Part shown: one piece after another, positions 26,950 to 41,322 of the stretch
How the letters are laid out: the number at the start of each line of letters is the position of its first letter
How positions within the stretch are numbered: position 1 is the first letter of the stretch
Origin: Octopus vulgaris
Taxonomy: Eukaryota
Assembly: GCA_951406725.2 (NCBI GenBank)
Contig: OX597818.1
Coordinates: 143,654,001 to 143,718,000 of the forward strand
Direction: 5' to 3'
Length of the DNA: 64,000 nucleotides
The notes under the pieces: model-generated
The model's input: the letters and a program-made list of their open reading frames with translations, nothing else
Databases searched by the model: none
Told to the model about the DNA's origin: nothing
Position numbers and translations under genes: made by a program

Positions 26950-28075
26950 CCATCCTGGTACCACTACCACCTTTTTCATCGACAACTACTGTTTTACATC
27001 CCAAACTAACCTGTCATACCTATCGACTTTTCGTTCTTCCTTATCACATACCTTGTTGTCAGCTGGGTATGCTATATCTATGATCCAGCATAGTTTGTTT
27101 TCTTTCTCAATTAAGACTATGTCTAGCTTCTTATTCTTTATCTCATGGTCTCACTGAATCATAAAATCCCACAGGATCTTTGCATTTTTATTTTCGATGA
27201 TGCTTTCGGGTTTGTGGTCGTACCAATTTTTTTCTCTGTCAAGACCATACTTGTTGCAAAGCGTCCAATGGACAATCATTGCTATATTGTTGTGGCGTCT
27301 CTTATATTCCTTCTGGGCTAGTGGCATACATTGGCTGGTAATATGCCAAACGGTTTCACTATTTTGTCCACAGATTCTGCACTTACCACTTTCTGTTGTG
27401 TTGTCTACTTTGTATTTTATGTAGTTTGTTCTTAACGCTTGCTCTTGGGCAGCACAGATTAGAGCCTCCGTTTCCGGTTTTAAATCACTTTTAGTCATCC
27501 ACAACCATCTTTTTCCTCTGTCTGTCTTATCTTCAACATCACTATGAAATTGTTCGTGCAATCTTTTCTTTACCCACCTATTTTCAGTATCATTCCTTTT
27601 CAATCGCTTGTACAGTGCTTTATCTTTGCAATCTTTCATCCTACACAACCCTGACCTTGCTTCTAATAAAAGCGGTTCTGTGGCATTTTTTACATACCAT
27701 GCTATGTTGTTTTCTTCTTCTCTAATGTTCTGTTCGCATCCAATAAGTCCTCTTCCACCCCTTTTTCTTGGTACATACAGTCTGTCTGTGTTACTTTTTG
27801 GGTGGAGTGTCCCATATCTAGTTAGCAACTTCCTTTTATTTCTCTCTAAGCTGCTTAGTTCGTCTACTGTCCATGCGATTACCCCTGCTTCATATCTTGG
27901 GAGTGAAATTGCCCAGGTGTTTATAACTTCAATCTTATTCTGTCCGTTTAATTTCGACTTAAGGATCAATCAGTCTCAGTCCGTGCTGCAAGTACTCCAC
28001 CTTAAATTTCTCTAGTCATTTCCTTTTCCATCAATTTATCCATTTCCCATATCTCCAAATACTTATAGCCCGTCT
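26950..28075 (-). mobile_element. R4/Dong-type RLE non-LTR retrotransposon fragment (RT C-terminus, CCHC, RLE)
   Basis: YKYL.I, LYVPRKRGGRGL, LKPETEALICAAQEQALRTNY, CRICGQNSETVWHITSQC, YKRRHN, KILWDF and WIIDIAYP. Confidence 0.9.
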
Positions 28076-28102
28076 CTTCTTCTTCTTCTTCTCCTTCTTA
28101 TT

Positions 28103-28138
<36 letters not shown>

Positions 28139-28193
28139 GTCGTCGTCGTCGTCGTCGTCGTCGTTGTCATCGTCGCCGTCGTCATCGTCATTG

Positions 28194-28248
<55 letters not shown>

Positions 28249-28269
28249 TATTATTATTATTATTATTAT

Positions 28270-29113
28270 TTTTAGACGTCACACAGTATACAATATCATG
28301 AGGTTGTTGATTGAAGATATTGTGTCTTCTGGGGTTTTGTACTGTCTGTCATGTCACAACAAGGATCTCAGACAGACAGTACTTTACGCAATATGCGTGC
28401 AGTTCCAAGAAATGCCGACTTCTGCAGTACATCTGCATTGTAGGATATTTCTAAGGTTTTCAGATGTATTTTCAGATTGGGTGGTATTGAACCAAATGCT
28501 CCGATAACAATAAGGATAACCTTTATGTTTGACTCTCCTAGGGGCCACATCGTAGCGATCTCAATTTTCAGCTCTCCATATTTATCTTTCTTTCAGGATG
28601 ATATGACACTAGATCTCCTGGCACTGCCACGTCGATTATTAGGCACTCTTGTTTGTCCTTCGTAAAGGTTACTATATCCGGCCTTCTGGCTGGAAATCAA
28701 AGTCCCAGAGGATTTTTGCCTTCCCCTTTTCGTCTATTACCTTTTCTGGTGTATATTGGTACCAAGCACCCGTAACCTCATATCCACACTTACGGCATAG
28801 TAGCCAGTGGAGGTTTTGGCCTACCCTGTCGTGTCTACGCTTGTACTCTTTCTGCGCAAGACTATCACAAGCACAAACAATGTGAGTCACGCTTTCGACC
28901 CTCTTTTCACACATTCTGCTGAGGTCCGATCCACTCGTGTGGTATATATCACTTTCCACTGAGTTGGTATTCAATGCCTGGTTCTGGGACGCGATGATTA
29001 GGCTTTCGGTCTTCTTTTTTAGGTCACCCTTGTTGAGCCACCATGATGCTTCCTGGTCTTTTAATTTGTTACTTTCACGGTGGATTGACGATATGATTCC
29101 ATACGGAATAGAG

Positions 29114-29115
<2 letters not shown>
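28270..29115 (-). mobile_element. Second R4/Dong-type 3' fragment (different subfamily) with (TAA)n tail
   Basis: GDLKKKTESLIIASQNQALNTN, RMCEKRVESVTHIVCAC, YKRRHDRV, KILWDF, IVIGAFG and QKSAFLGTARILRKVL. TAA repeats at 28246-28270. Confidence 0.88.
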
Positions 29116-29188
<73 letters not shown>

Positions 29189-29275
29189 GCTGTTCTTGAT
29201 CAGAATTCAGGAGCACTCTCAAGTCCATTTTTGTTAACTCCTTCTAGTATTATTATTATTATTATTACTATAATA

Positions 29276-29331
<56 letters not shown>

Positions 29332-31679
29332 CATTATTATTATTATTGTCGACATCATATTTATTATTATTATTATTATTTTAGGAAGAAGAATGAAAAA
29401 AGAAAAAGGCAGACGTTGAAGAACATGAAACATAAAAATACAAAAAACAAAGATATGTGATGTGAGAGTAAAATATGTCTTTTTTCTTCCAGTAAAACAC
29501 ATTTCTCGTTTCTTTGAAGTAAGATAAAATCGGAGCTTCTCTATTCTCACGGCACAGCTGCTCAACTTATTTTAAGTATTACCCAAAACCTTGGATTTCT
29601 CTTCTTTCTCTAAGCAGAAAATTTATTGAACCGTTTGAACGCTTTTCATTGCCTTTTTCCTAACGCACACCAATAATCTCCTCGAATTCTACCGTTTTGT
29701 ATCGTTCACCACCGCTACCAGCTTTCTTAAATTCAGTTATTTTACTACATCAAGGGGATATTTTTTCTGAAATGAGATATTGTATGGTGATACGCTTTGT
29801 TTTATATGATTTGAAGAAGTCTGTTATTCTATAAAACATGTTACGTGGGTTAAACATTATTTTATAGTATTAGACGGGACGGTATAAGATACTGAATAGT
29901 ATGGAGACGCGTGGGTTAGTAGTTAGTGGTGTTCAGTTTATGATTATAAGGTCTTGGGTTCAGTTACTGGACCGAACATCGTATTGGGTCCTTAAGCAAA
30001 GCACTTCACTTCCCGTTGCTCAAGTCCTTTTCCCCCTCCACCTGTCACAACCTGGACATTCCGTTCGGTGAAGAGAGAATGGTCCGAGTAGATGTCTATG
30101 CTCTCAGCTATATGGGCGCCTAAAACAGTTGGCGAAAGCATAGTTATGGCTGTACTCTACTGAATGTTATGGAATAAAAGAAGTTTGTGGTATCATATAA
30201 AAATACAAAATTTTGACGTTATAATATAGAAAACAATCAGTCTTAAGGAATAATATGAAATGTTATATCATGGTGTATTTTAAGGAATGAACAAGTAGTG
30301 GAGACTGTATTGTGTAGTGTTGTGTCGCATGTCGTAGCTTTGTGCTGTCAATAATATGACAGTTTGCACAAAAATCACGACAATCTCACAAATGACATAT
30401 ATTGAAAAAAAAAATCTCTTGTCGTGAAGCAAGGTTAGGTCTGAAGCCTAAGGGCTGAGTGATCGACTCGGCGGGATACTTTACTGATAATCTCGTTTCA
30501 TCTCACGAGATAATAGCAAAGATGAACAAAATGAAATATCAGCTGCATGGAAAACACTTCATCAACTATGGAAACTCCACCACCACCACCTCCTCCTCCT
30601 CACCAAAGTCATCTTCTACCATCATGAAATCACCAATATATTTACGTCTCATACAATACCAATCCTACAAACCCAACTCCACCCTAGTTTCCTCCACTTC
30701 CACTGCCACCATTACTTTCTCAACAGTCATTATCATCATCGTGATAGCGCCATTGTTACCGTTGCCATTATCATCATCATCACGAAGGCACTCTGGAAAG
30801 CGGCATTATACAAATGTAGACATTTAGACAAATTTTTCTCATACTTTTCCACCCTGGTGTCCCTAAATTAGAAGTTGTGAGCTTCAGCTCATATAAATCA
30901 GCTTTCTACTTAACTTTTTCATGGCCTTTAAAAATTCAAAGTATTATTCTTTTTTATAGATTCAATGAAGAGACGTAACATCTTAATTTATATATTAAAA
31001 AAACATGAATTTTGTATTCTTATTTTGCTGCAGGTGTTAAGTTACGCCTGAAGTGCAAGAAATGTTTGATTCTTTTGTAAATAGAATTTGCAACTAAATG
31101 TAATTTTCTTTTTTGAATTCATACCCTTATATAGGTTAATCGCGATTTTAAAAGGAAAAGTAAGAAAATCCTTTGCGTTTGACCTAATGGGGTCGGCGAA
31201 TAGTAGAAATAAAGCAGTAAAAGTGACACATGCCAATATCATGTTCTATATTGCAGTATTTTTCTGATTCAAATCTCGTCCAACTTGATTCAGTTTCAGT
31301 TTATTTAAGGACCGATAGAACAAGTAACACTGTATTATATTAATGTTAATTAACTATAATGAAAACACCACTAAGTCATATTATAGATGTGTTGAGGCTA
31401 AATGGTTAAATATATATAACCTTTAAAATGAATACAGTGGTCGTGAGTTGATATCTACCGCATGGGTTATTAATGTTACATTTTTCAGTTCACTTAGCTA
31501 TGGGAAATAGGTATCAAATCGAGAAATCTCACCAAAACAGACGTTCCATCCAACGGATTTATGTTTCATTTATTTAACACTATGAAATTGGTCCTAAGCA
31601 TTGAGCATTTAATCTTTTGGCGACATTTTACTTCAGATATGCAATGACAAAGAATCAGGACAAATGTAAAATGAAATGA

Positions 31680-31934
31680 AAACAAGAGCACTCGGAGAGC
31701 GCAAACCTCCGCCAACGCAACACCAACGTCCTCTCAACGATTAACCGGAAATGATTTTTAAAATGAGAATATTTGAAATAAAATCCTTCAGTGAATATCA
31801 TGAGACCTTTTGGTTTTCTCTTCTCTTAAATTCCGGTCTCCCTTTAGTAATCCTGTTGTTTTAGATCGATGTATAGAATTATGTATGTATCTAAGTATAC
31901 TGTAAAGTATTAGTCTCCTAATATAATAATGAGC

Positions 31935-31972
<38 letters not shown>

Positions 31973-32914
31973 ACTATCCGAATTGTGGCCGATGCCAGTG
32001 CCGCCTCGACTGGCTTCCGTGCCGGTGGCACGTAAAAAGCACCATCCGAATCATGGCCGAAGCCAGTGCCGCTTCAACTGGCTTCCGTGCCGGTGGCATG
32101 TAAAATGCACCAATCCGACTTTGGCCGATGCCAGCCTCGCCTGGCACCTGTGCAGGTGGCATGTAAAAAAGCACCCACTACACTCACGGAGTGGTTGGCG
32201 TTAGGAAGGGCATCCAGCTGTAGAAACATTGCCAGATAAGACTGGAGCCTGGTGCAGCCTTCTGGCTTCCCAGATCCCCGGTCGAACCGTCCAACCCATG
32301 CTAGCATGGAGAACGGACGTTAAACGATGATGATGATGATGATGATGATATATATAAAGCGAGAGAGAGCCGGAGTGAGAGGTGAAGGTAGAGGAGATAA
32401 ATGATGGCAAAGAGAGCGTCGTATGAATGAGGAAGGAAAGGGTGATAGATGAATAACGAAGGAAGGAGTGAACAAGCCGATAAACGGCGTTTGAAGTGTG
32501 AGTATATGTTTGTGTAAAAGAGAGGTATGCTTGCGTGCGTGTGTGCGTGCGTGTGTGTGTGTGTGTGTGTGTGCGTGCGTGTGTGTGTGTGTGTACAATG
32601 GAAATTGGATGGTATTGCTCAACGCTGAAAATGTGTGAGTATATGAGTGTATGTGTGTCCGTGTACCAGAGAACTATGTGAAACTACATATACATTTAAA
32701 GTAAAGAAAATCTCAAAAATAATCCAGAATCCTGGTCCGGTAGCAGATCGATCCCAAAATCAAGCCAGTTCATGCCAGTAACGAGGCCAAACATCACTGA
32801 AAGTTTCATCCAAATCCATCCAGCGATTCTTGAGATTTCTTGTCCACTGACAAACAAACAAACAAAGAAGACTGAAAACCATACCTCCGCCTTCGCTAAG
32901 GCGGAGGTGATAAT
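31680..32914 (-). mobile_element. DINE-1/Helentron-like non-autonomous element (HINE) with nested insertions
   Basis: One end has hairpin acctccgcctt-cgct-aaggcggaggt (32883-32908) next to an (ACAA)n microsatellite. The other end has matching subterminal repeat acctccgcc (31705-31713) and short hairpin gcactc-gga-gagcgc (31688-31702). Confidence 0.7.
31970..32348 (+). mobile_element. RTE-type LINE/SINE 3' end with internal ~55-bp tandem repeats and (GAT)n tail
   Basis: Three units of gccga.gccag..c.gcc...actggc...gtg..ggtggca.gtaaaa..cacc, then tggcgttaggaagggcatccagctgtagaaac and ggacgttaaacgatgatgat. Confidence 0.7.
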
Positions 32915-33646
32915 GACTAAAATTATTTCACGGTAAACTGTAGTCTTCATTTCATAAATTTCAACGGTTTTACGTTATACACGAACACAATAGAAAAGTC
33001 ATGGAATTTCATCAATCATCTCTTTTTGACTTACAAGAATTTACTTGATGTTTTTGAAACATAATGTATGGATAATCTATCCAATGAGGACTATAGCCGA
33101 CCGTGTATTGATTCGGCATTTCAGTTCCTTTCATTTTGTTGCTCGCCATTTCATGTAAATAAAATGGAAAATAGTCATTCTTTTTCGTACTTCGGGGGTT
33201 TATAAAAATTTATAATGTTTATGATTAGAAGTAAATGCTTTGAATAAAACGTAAAAGTTTAGAATTCCATGATCACGTGAGAGTGAAAGAAGTAGATCTA
33301 ATCCAATGTTTCTGAAAATAAACAAAGACTCGATAATATCCTACAGCCAATATATGTGCAAACATACGTATATACAAACAAAACATGCAGAGATAATAAT
33401 TCCTGTCTTGAACACTGATAATATTAATTATTTCACTAAACTTATTCAATGAGAACGTTCAATATATTAGCCAGTTGTGCTTTGGACTAGTTTAACGTCA
33501 TTACGATGCAAAGCTATATTTAGTTCAGTCACAATAAATAGTTAAGTTTCGCGAATAACTTGACTATAATGCTAGGAATCATAATCTCCAGTGACTGATC
33601 CTGGATGCTCGTAACCAAAAGTTTGAAAGACAAAAACATTTAGCCT

Positions 33647-34091
33647 GAATCTTTTCGGTTTGAACGGCAGTTTTTCCTAGCGGTGTCATATGAAATTGTC
33701 ACCCATAATTATGACCCTAGTATCGATCTATTCCATTTCAATCTGTTTTAGGGTTAGGGTTAGTTAGGGTTAGATAGGATTAGGGTTAGGGGTGGGGGGA
33801 AGAGTATCTTTTTTTCTTCACAAATGTAAATAAACCCAATCTGTTTCTTAAACGAGGGACATATTCATACGGCACGGAATATTTTTTTACCTCAAGAGAC
33901 GTCAGTGATTGGTTGAAATTGCAGAAATTGAAGAAAAAACAACAACAAATATCTTACAAACTATAGAATTTTCTCAATAAAGCCAAGAGAAAAAGATGTT
34001 TTATAAGCACATTCTACCAGTATACGAAGTTTAAAATTTTTTAGTTACCTAGAAATTATGTTAAAAACTGCCGTTCAAACCGAAAAGATCC
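33647..34091. mobile_element. MITE with ~29-bp TIRs and 8-bp TSD (Merlin-like), containing telomeric TTAGGG repeats
   Basis: Left end g(a)atcttttcggtttgaacggcagttttt; right end aaaaactgccgttcaaaccgaaaagatcc. TSD tttagcct at 33639-33646 and 34092-34099. (TTAGGG)-like run at about 33748-33791. Confidence 0.9.
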
Positions 34092-37000
34092 TTTAGCCTT
34101 TTCGTAGATGTGAATTCTTGAGACGATCTGAAGAGTGAATCTCTAAATATTCTGTCCTCTCATCCGAAGGGATTGCATTTCTCTAATTACTGATGTCTTT
34201 TATCACCTTTAAAAAGAGGTCAACTTATAGATAAACCATAGCTTTCTGAAAAGCAAAAAAAGAGAGTCTCTAGAAACACCGCACTACTAAAAGAATTCAA
34301 GGTAATTTTTTTGTTCGGCATGCCACTCAAAAAGTTCCACGGGCCACAGTTTGCTCATGACTGCTTTACAGCCTTCAAGAAATATCATCCAAATCTCAAA
34401 GCACATCCTAATCATCTTATAAAATGAATGACTTGTTTGTTAAAAACGACTACATAGTTGGATCATATTTGCCCATAGATCTTGTTTTGTTAGGACTCAC
34501 TTAGAATTTAACAGCAGTTACAACAGCAACAATAACCAACACTTGGCTTTTCATCAAGTTGTACTCATTCTGTTTGACTCTTATGCCTCAACACCTAATT
34601 TAGAATTTATCTTCTGCACTCCACTCTCTGAGGAACTTGTATTTTCTCCTCTGTTTCCTGCCAGGCATTCTCTTTTTTTCTCTACGGAACCAGATATATA
34701 GTCTTTTATTCCCAAAACTGACGGTATGTGAAATTTCTAACTGCTTCATACTTCAATACTGTAGCTTCGAATATAAAATTTTCTCATTAACCGTATCAAA
34801 CATATTTACCGCGTCCATTATAAATTCTAATCAACCTCATGAGCTATTAAAAAGGTTTTTCTTTTTTTTTTTCTATACAACGATACAAACTGCAGAGGTA
34901 CATTCTCCACGCGTTTCAGACGCTACGTATGAGATTGGTGATAAAATAATTATTAATAGTGTCGTTAATAGACGTAAGGAAGACAGGCTCAGGCCTCAAG
35001 ATTTTCAACTAATTATAAATTCTTAACCCGTGCTCAATAATATCTCTCTCCCTCCTTCCCCATCTCCCCCCCCTCTCTCTCTCTCCCTCCCTCTCTCCAA
35101 ATCTAATTTCGCATTGTGCATATTGATATTAATGAGTTTTGCAAGATTTCAGCTTTTGGGCGAGAAAACGTGACGTCCACATCTTTTAATATTAATTATC
35201 CTCTCACCTGCTTTTATTATATTAAGCCCACCCTAAACAGAGCAGTGGATTGGAAGAATTGTCAGTCAGTCGGACAAAACACTTTGCTTATTTTTTCCCG
35301 GCTTTTATCTTTTGCTTGCATATCCTACCGATGTCACTTTTACCTTTCATCATTTTAGAGTCCATATAATAACTTACAAATTGCGTATAGGGTCCATGCA
35401 ATCGACTAAACCCCTTTCAACATTCTGGCCTTGTTCCTTTGGAAAAGAACCAATATATTGACACCTTTTCTGAATCATATATATAAAATGATTGTGCAAG
35501 CGCAGACAATTTCAACTCTTTGCCAGTCATGTGAGACGAGAGACCGTTTTAGTATAAGCGTTGAGCTGGGAGTGCATCTTTATTGATAAAAATGAATGAC
35601 TGTGGGGACTTGGTCGTCGTCTGCTTTCAAATTTGAATGATGGCGAAAATGTATCCACTGTTAGGGGCCTCTGAACTAGAAAATTAAAATCAAACCGATT
35701 GAGTGCTGTGCAGTAATAATGCCTTTTACATCGAAATATCGCCCCTACCCTAATTGTTCACCTTTCCACTGTTTACTGAAGTCAGTTTTGACCATTATGA
35801 AGTTGTTTTCCAGGTTTTGAAAATCTTCTTCGCTTACTTTTTGGATAGTGATGAAATACAAGGCGGTCTTAGCTAGATCGCTTTTGATCACAGAACTGCA
35901 CGATCAACAGTGACTTGGGACTACAAAACAGTGACGTAATTGACTCACTAAAGTCTATGAGTCACTAACGATAATTCTATACAAATAACTTAAACACGCT
36001 AAGAAAAACAATACCCAAAGCTGTCTCAAATAATACTGAATATCTTTTTAAAGGATTAATGGCATATGTCCTGCTGGTCATTCTAATGTTGCACCCTATG
36101 TAAAAGGCTATTTCACAGGATATTTGTTTTATGCTTTTGTAGTTAATTTATTGAGTTGGACGATTCCTAGAATCAGTGATGAATCTCTTCGAACGTAGCA
36201 TTAGTTTGTTAGAGGGGCATTTTAATATCATTGTTCACGAATATACAGAAAGGGATGATGATGCGACAGATTGTGACAGGAAAAATCGTAATAGTTTTCG
36301 CGTAAATATAAATTTCTAAACTTGACATTGGGTGATACATCGTAGACGAGAAAATCAATTATATCAATTCCAATACTTGATTAGGGTTGATTTATAGATA
36401 AATGAATGGCAAATTTGATTTGCGGGAAATTTAAACTGGAAGCGTGAAGGGTAAAAACTATACGCCGCATGACATTTTTCCGAATCTCTAGAGAGATTCT
36501 GCTAATCCCACATAATCAAATTCAGATGAGAGACAGTTTGTAGTAATGTACATATCCGTTTCTTTCTATATATAGACAAAATTTCAGATGTGTCAGCCTT
36601 AATATGTAGTTTTTATACAGAAGGCTTTGAGATTAAGGTGAAGCATATCTAAATATGGTCACAAGCATAGCTGTGTAGTTAAAAAATTTGACTCGCAACT
36701 ACGTAGTTTGGTGTTCAATTCCACCATACAGCACTTTACGAAAGCGATTTCTGCTATAACTTCGGATCGACCTAAATCTTTTGAGTAAAATTTACTAAAT
36801 GGAAACTGTGTGGAAGCTTGTCAACAGGATTCTTGAGTGATAGATTTAATTTGTCTCCCAGGACTTGGATGATAGATTTAATTCGTCACCTATTTTAACT
36901 CCAACAACTGGCCTATGGGGTGCTTTTAGTGAAGTACACTTTATTACAAGCGTTCCAGCAAGATTTCTGGTGTGGGGATGAGTTCCTCCCTTGCTCTCAA

Positions 37001-37144
37001 AATCATGCACATCTGACTAAGCCATTAAAAGAACTCGAATGTAGTTGCAACATTAGTTGTCTCTGAAAGTAGCATCTAAAGAAAATAATTTGGGAGAGTG
37101 TATTCAAACTATAATATCTCTTTCATTAATATCAGTGTCCACGC

Positions 37145-37327
37145 GCCAGGCGAAATGTCTCGCGATATTTCGCGGTACGTTCTGAGTTCAAATTCCGCCG
37201 AGGTCGCCTTTGCCTTTCATCCTTTCGGGGTAGAGTAATTAAGTACCAGTGAAACACTGGGGTCGATGTAATCGACTTGTCCACTCCCCCTGAAGTTCAG
37301 GCCTTTTGCCTTTAGTAGAGAGGATTA
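37145..37327 (+). mobile_element. Family A SINE
   Basis: tacgttctgagttcaaattccgccgaggtcg..tttgcctttcatcctttcgggg core. Confidence 0.85.
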
Positions 37328-37554
37328 GTATCAGTGTTCACGATTATCAGAACAATTACCACATACATACATACATACATACATACATACATACACACAC
37401 ACATACATACATACATGCATGCATACATACATACATACATACATACATACTTACATACATACATACATACATTCGATTGGGGTACACACACACACATACA
37501 TACATACATGCATGCATACATACATACACACATACATGCATACATATATAATAC

Positions 37555-38613
37555 ATACACGCCTCCAAAGTATTCTCCATTTGAAGGAATGCATCGGTCC
37601 AGACGCGTTTTCCACGTTTCCTGTTCGAAGCAGTCCTGGAACTCTTGCGAAATGATACCTTTCAATGCTTCCGCCGTATTTTTCCTCACCTCTTCCACAT
37701 CTGCAAAACGTTTTCTTTTAAAGACTTTTTTTCATTCGGAACAACAAAAAAGTCGCTGGGAGCAAGATTGGGTGAATAGGGAGGGTGGGGGTGGGTAAGC
37801 GAGGTCATGCCATTTTTGGTCAAAAACTGTCTCACACTCGTATTGTCATGATGAAACCACCACTCTTCACTTTGCCACAGGTCGAGGAATTTTCGTCTGA
37901 CCACGTGTAGCAAACGCTTCAGAACTGCCAAGTAAAATGTCCGGTTAACAGTTTGATCAGGAGGAACAAAATCTGTACGGAAATTTCCTTTCGCAACGAT
38001 GAAACAAATTAGTAGTCTTAACATTGGACTTCACTTGACGCGCTTGTTCCGTTTTTTTTTTTTTTTTTTTGGTGGGGAGCGTGGTGACATTGAATACTTC
38101 CGTTGATTTGATTGCTGCTTCGTTTCCAGGTCGTAGCCGCAGCACCAGCTTTTATCACCAGTGATAATGACCTTCGAAAAAACGTCCGGATCAACTTCCA
38201 ACTGTTCTTTCAGTTCACGACACGCATTCAGCCGTGACTGCTTTTGATCTTCTATGAGCAAGCGAGGCACGAATTTTTGCTGCAACTCTTTTCGTTCGCA
38301 ATTCGTCGCTCAAAATCCGTTGGGATGAGCTCCAGGACACACCAGATATATCAATAAGTTTGCCAATTTTTCGGCGACAATCCTCCAAGATCAGTTCCCG
38401 ATTTTTCGCGATATTTTCATTCATTCGGGAGGTCAACGGTCGCTCTGAACGAGGCTGGTCTTCAAGCAACAAGTGACCATTCCTAAAGCGTGAAAACCCT
38501 TTGTAAACATGTTTTGCTCATGACAGCGTCCTTGTAAGCTATTTGAAGCATGACAACTGTTTCGGTCGCCGTTTTCCCCAGTAGAAAACAGAATTTCACG
38601 GAGGTACGCTGTT

Positions 38614-38620
<7 letters not shown>
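37555..38620 (-). pseudogene. Fragmented Tc1/mariner (mariner-type) transposase
   Basis: EQRTSVKFCFLLGKTATET, LEDQPRSERP, KFVPRLL, ITGDKSW, FHHDN, HPPYSPNLAPSDFF and terminal NGEYF.G, with several frameshifts. Confidence 0.92.
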
Positions 38621-38667
<47 letters not shown>

Positions 38668-38797
38668 CTCTTTATCTTTTATTAAACTTTTAATACTTTT
38701 GATATATATTTAAAATAATATAAATTAATTAATTTTATGTATTGGCTTATGTTTTTCATTGTTTGATTTGCCTAATAGTGGTTTTATCTCTAATTTA

Positions 38798-38854
<57 letters not shown>

Positions 38855-39100
38855 AAATGGAAAGATGAATTATCTTGTTACGGATCGGGCTCTTAAGGAG
38901 CGTCCTCGTTCGAATTGCTTTGCTGCGCCTCTGTTTTGTTTTGTTCTGACAACGTAATTCCTGGTTTTTCCTTAAGAGAAAGCTGCAATATGGTATCCTT
39001 ATTTAATCAGAATTTGGAAAATTGTGGCCTTTGAAACATGTGTAGAATGTAATAAAAGGAATTCTGTACAATCTTCGTTCAACTCCATTTCTTCCATTCA

Positions 39101-39149
<49 letters not shown>

Positions 39150-39940
39150 TATATACATATATGTACATACCTACATATATGTGTATATATACATGCATAT
39201 ATGGGTACAGGACATAAAAAAAAACGTTGAACACAATGAGAAACGAAAGCATAAAAAACAAAAACATAGAAAACAAATTTTTTTCGAACAACGAAAATAA
39301 TAAACAGAGAAACGAGACATACAACATAAAGAATATTCCCCTTCTTCAGTTGTCCCTATTTCATCTACTCCGCGTAAACGTCGCTCACATACTAACTTGG
39401 AACCTGTTTATTAACAGACTGCCATAGTATTGATTGAAGAGTGCTAATTAAGAAACCGTTCGTTCCTAATGGCAAAACGTCATTTTCTGAAACATGCTTG
39501 ACGTCACATGGTGTCACGTGATGACGGAGTGTCCTGGATCTAAAGAGATGAACTCAATATCTCGTATGACCACCGTTAACGTTGATTACCGCCAGGCATC
39601 TTCTGTTGATATCACCTTGGACAAGTGTCTTCTACTATAAGCTTGGGCCGACGAAACTGTTAAGAAACCGATAGAATAAGTACCAGGCTTTTAAAAAATA
39701 AGTACTGGAGTCGATTCACTAAAGTAAAAAAATTCAAAGTAGTGCTCCAGCATGGCCGCAGTCAAATGACTGAAACAAGCAGAAGTTGAAGATACACACA
39801 CACACACATGTACACACACACATACACACACATATATATTTATTTAATCCATATTACTGTCCTAAACTAGTCAATTTCTCCGTCCACTTTCAACGAAATT
39901 TTGGTAAAGTAGAACGCATGTTGTATAAAATACAACAAAA

Positions 39941-40001
<61 letters not shown>

Positions 40002-40998
40002 TGTGTACCAGATTCGCGCACTTGTCCCCTGTCTTTATATTTATGGGCGATAAGTATTCTTTGCAAACGAGAGAAGTTCTACTGGAATGTTCAGTTTTGC
40101 TCTCCTTTTCGAAAGTTAATTGCAAAACATTTTTTTCGCTTTTTTGGATATGTTCTTACTAATCAATTTCATTTAACTTCAACATTTATTCTCTCGATGA
40201 CTGCAGATAACTGTTTCGGTGCTTCGTACCCTCACTGGTGCAAAGTGTTCCAGAGAACTGATTATATTATAACAGAATTGATAAGAGGCAAAAAATAATA
40301 ATAATAATACGGAAAATAATGGATTGTTAAAAGCAGAAAAAATAGAAAAATATTATTAAAACATATAAGAATCTTTGAAAAGATTGATAAATTTCTTGAT
40401 ACGTAGTTAAAAATATATTTGAAAAGTTTTTGCACAAATTGATAAATCCGTAGGTAAATTTTCCCTTTGGTTTGACTTGTGAGTTTATCAATATTTACGA
40501 ATATTTTTCAGGTATTTTCCTTTCTATTCACGAACCAAAATGTTTCTATTTATTTTATAATCTCTTTCCATTTCACCAATTTTATTTATATTTATCAATC
40601 TTTAAAAGTAAAGCAATTCCTCATATATTTTATCTCTTCTTTTATCTACTCTTATCAGTTCTTGTATATTGTAATCAATTCTCAGAAACGCCTTGCACGA
40701 TGCAGCTATCTCCGAGTATCTGAAACAGCTATCTCCAAGTAGTGGTGAGATAAATGTTCGTTGTAATTAATCAATTATAATTCATTGCAGTTAATTATTA
40801 AAATTGGAGACGAACGATGAAATGTACTTTTGGAGTTATTTCACGAAGAAAAGATAAGAAACAGAACTTTCCAGCAAAGCTGCTCGCCACCACAAAAGGA
40901 ACATATAGCTCAAGAAAATGAAGATTTACCAATAAAGTATTCACGGAAGAACTCAATGTCTCCTCGTTACTAAAAGTACAGTAATCAAAATTATGACA

Positions 40999-41044
<46 letters not shown>

Positions 41045-41047
<3 letters not shown>

Positions 41048-41261
41048 TTTTATTTGTTTCAGTCATTTAACTGCGGCCATGCTGGAGTACAGCCTTGAAG
41101 GGTTTTAGTCGAACAAGTCGACCCTAGGACTTATTTTTTTAAAGCCTGGTACTTATTCTACCGGTCTCTTTTACCGGACTGCTAAGTTTCTGGAACGTAA
41201 ACACATCAACACTTGTTGTCAAGCGGTGATGACGGAACATACACAGACACAAACACACACA

Positions 41262-41265
<4 letters not shown>
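41045..41265 (-). mobile_element. 3' half of a tRNA-derived SINE (family B), split by the PLE
   Basis: Reverse complement matches the 3' part of the SINE at 397-820 (ccagcatggccgcag..aatgactgaaaca; tagaataagtac). Confidence 0.85.

Positions 41266-41322
<57 letters not shown>

Noticed and set aside
33748-33791. Chromosome end or telomere-fusion scar
   Set aside because: The tract is short, imperfect, single-orientation and enclosed within a MITE with TIRs and a TSD.
39200-39380. Minus-strand CTGAAGA as a hammerhead core in a possible PLE terminal remnant
   Set aside because: I found no downstream helix II/GAAA partner, so it cannot be supported from this copy.
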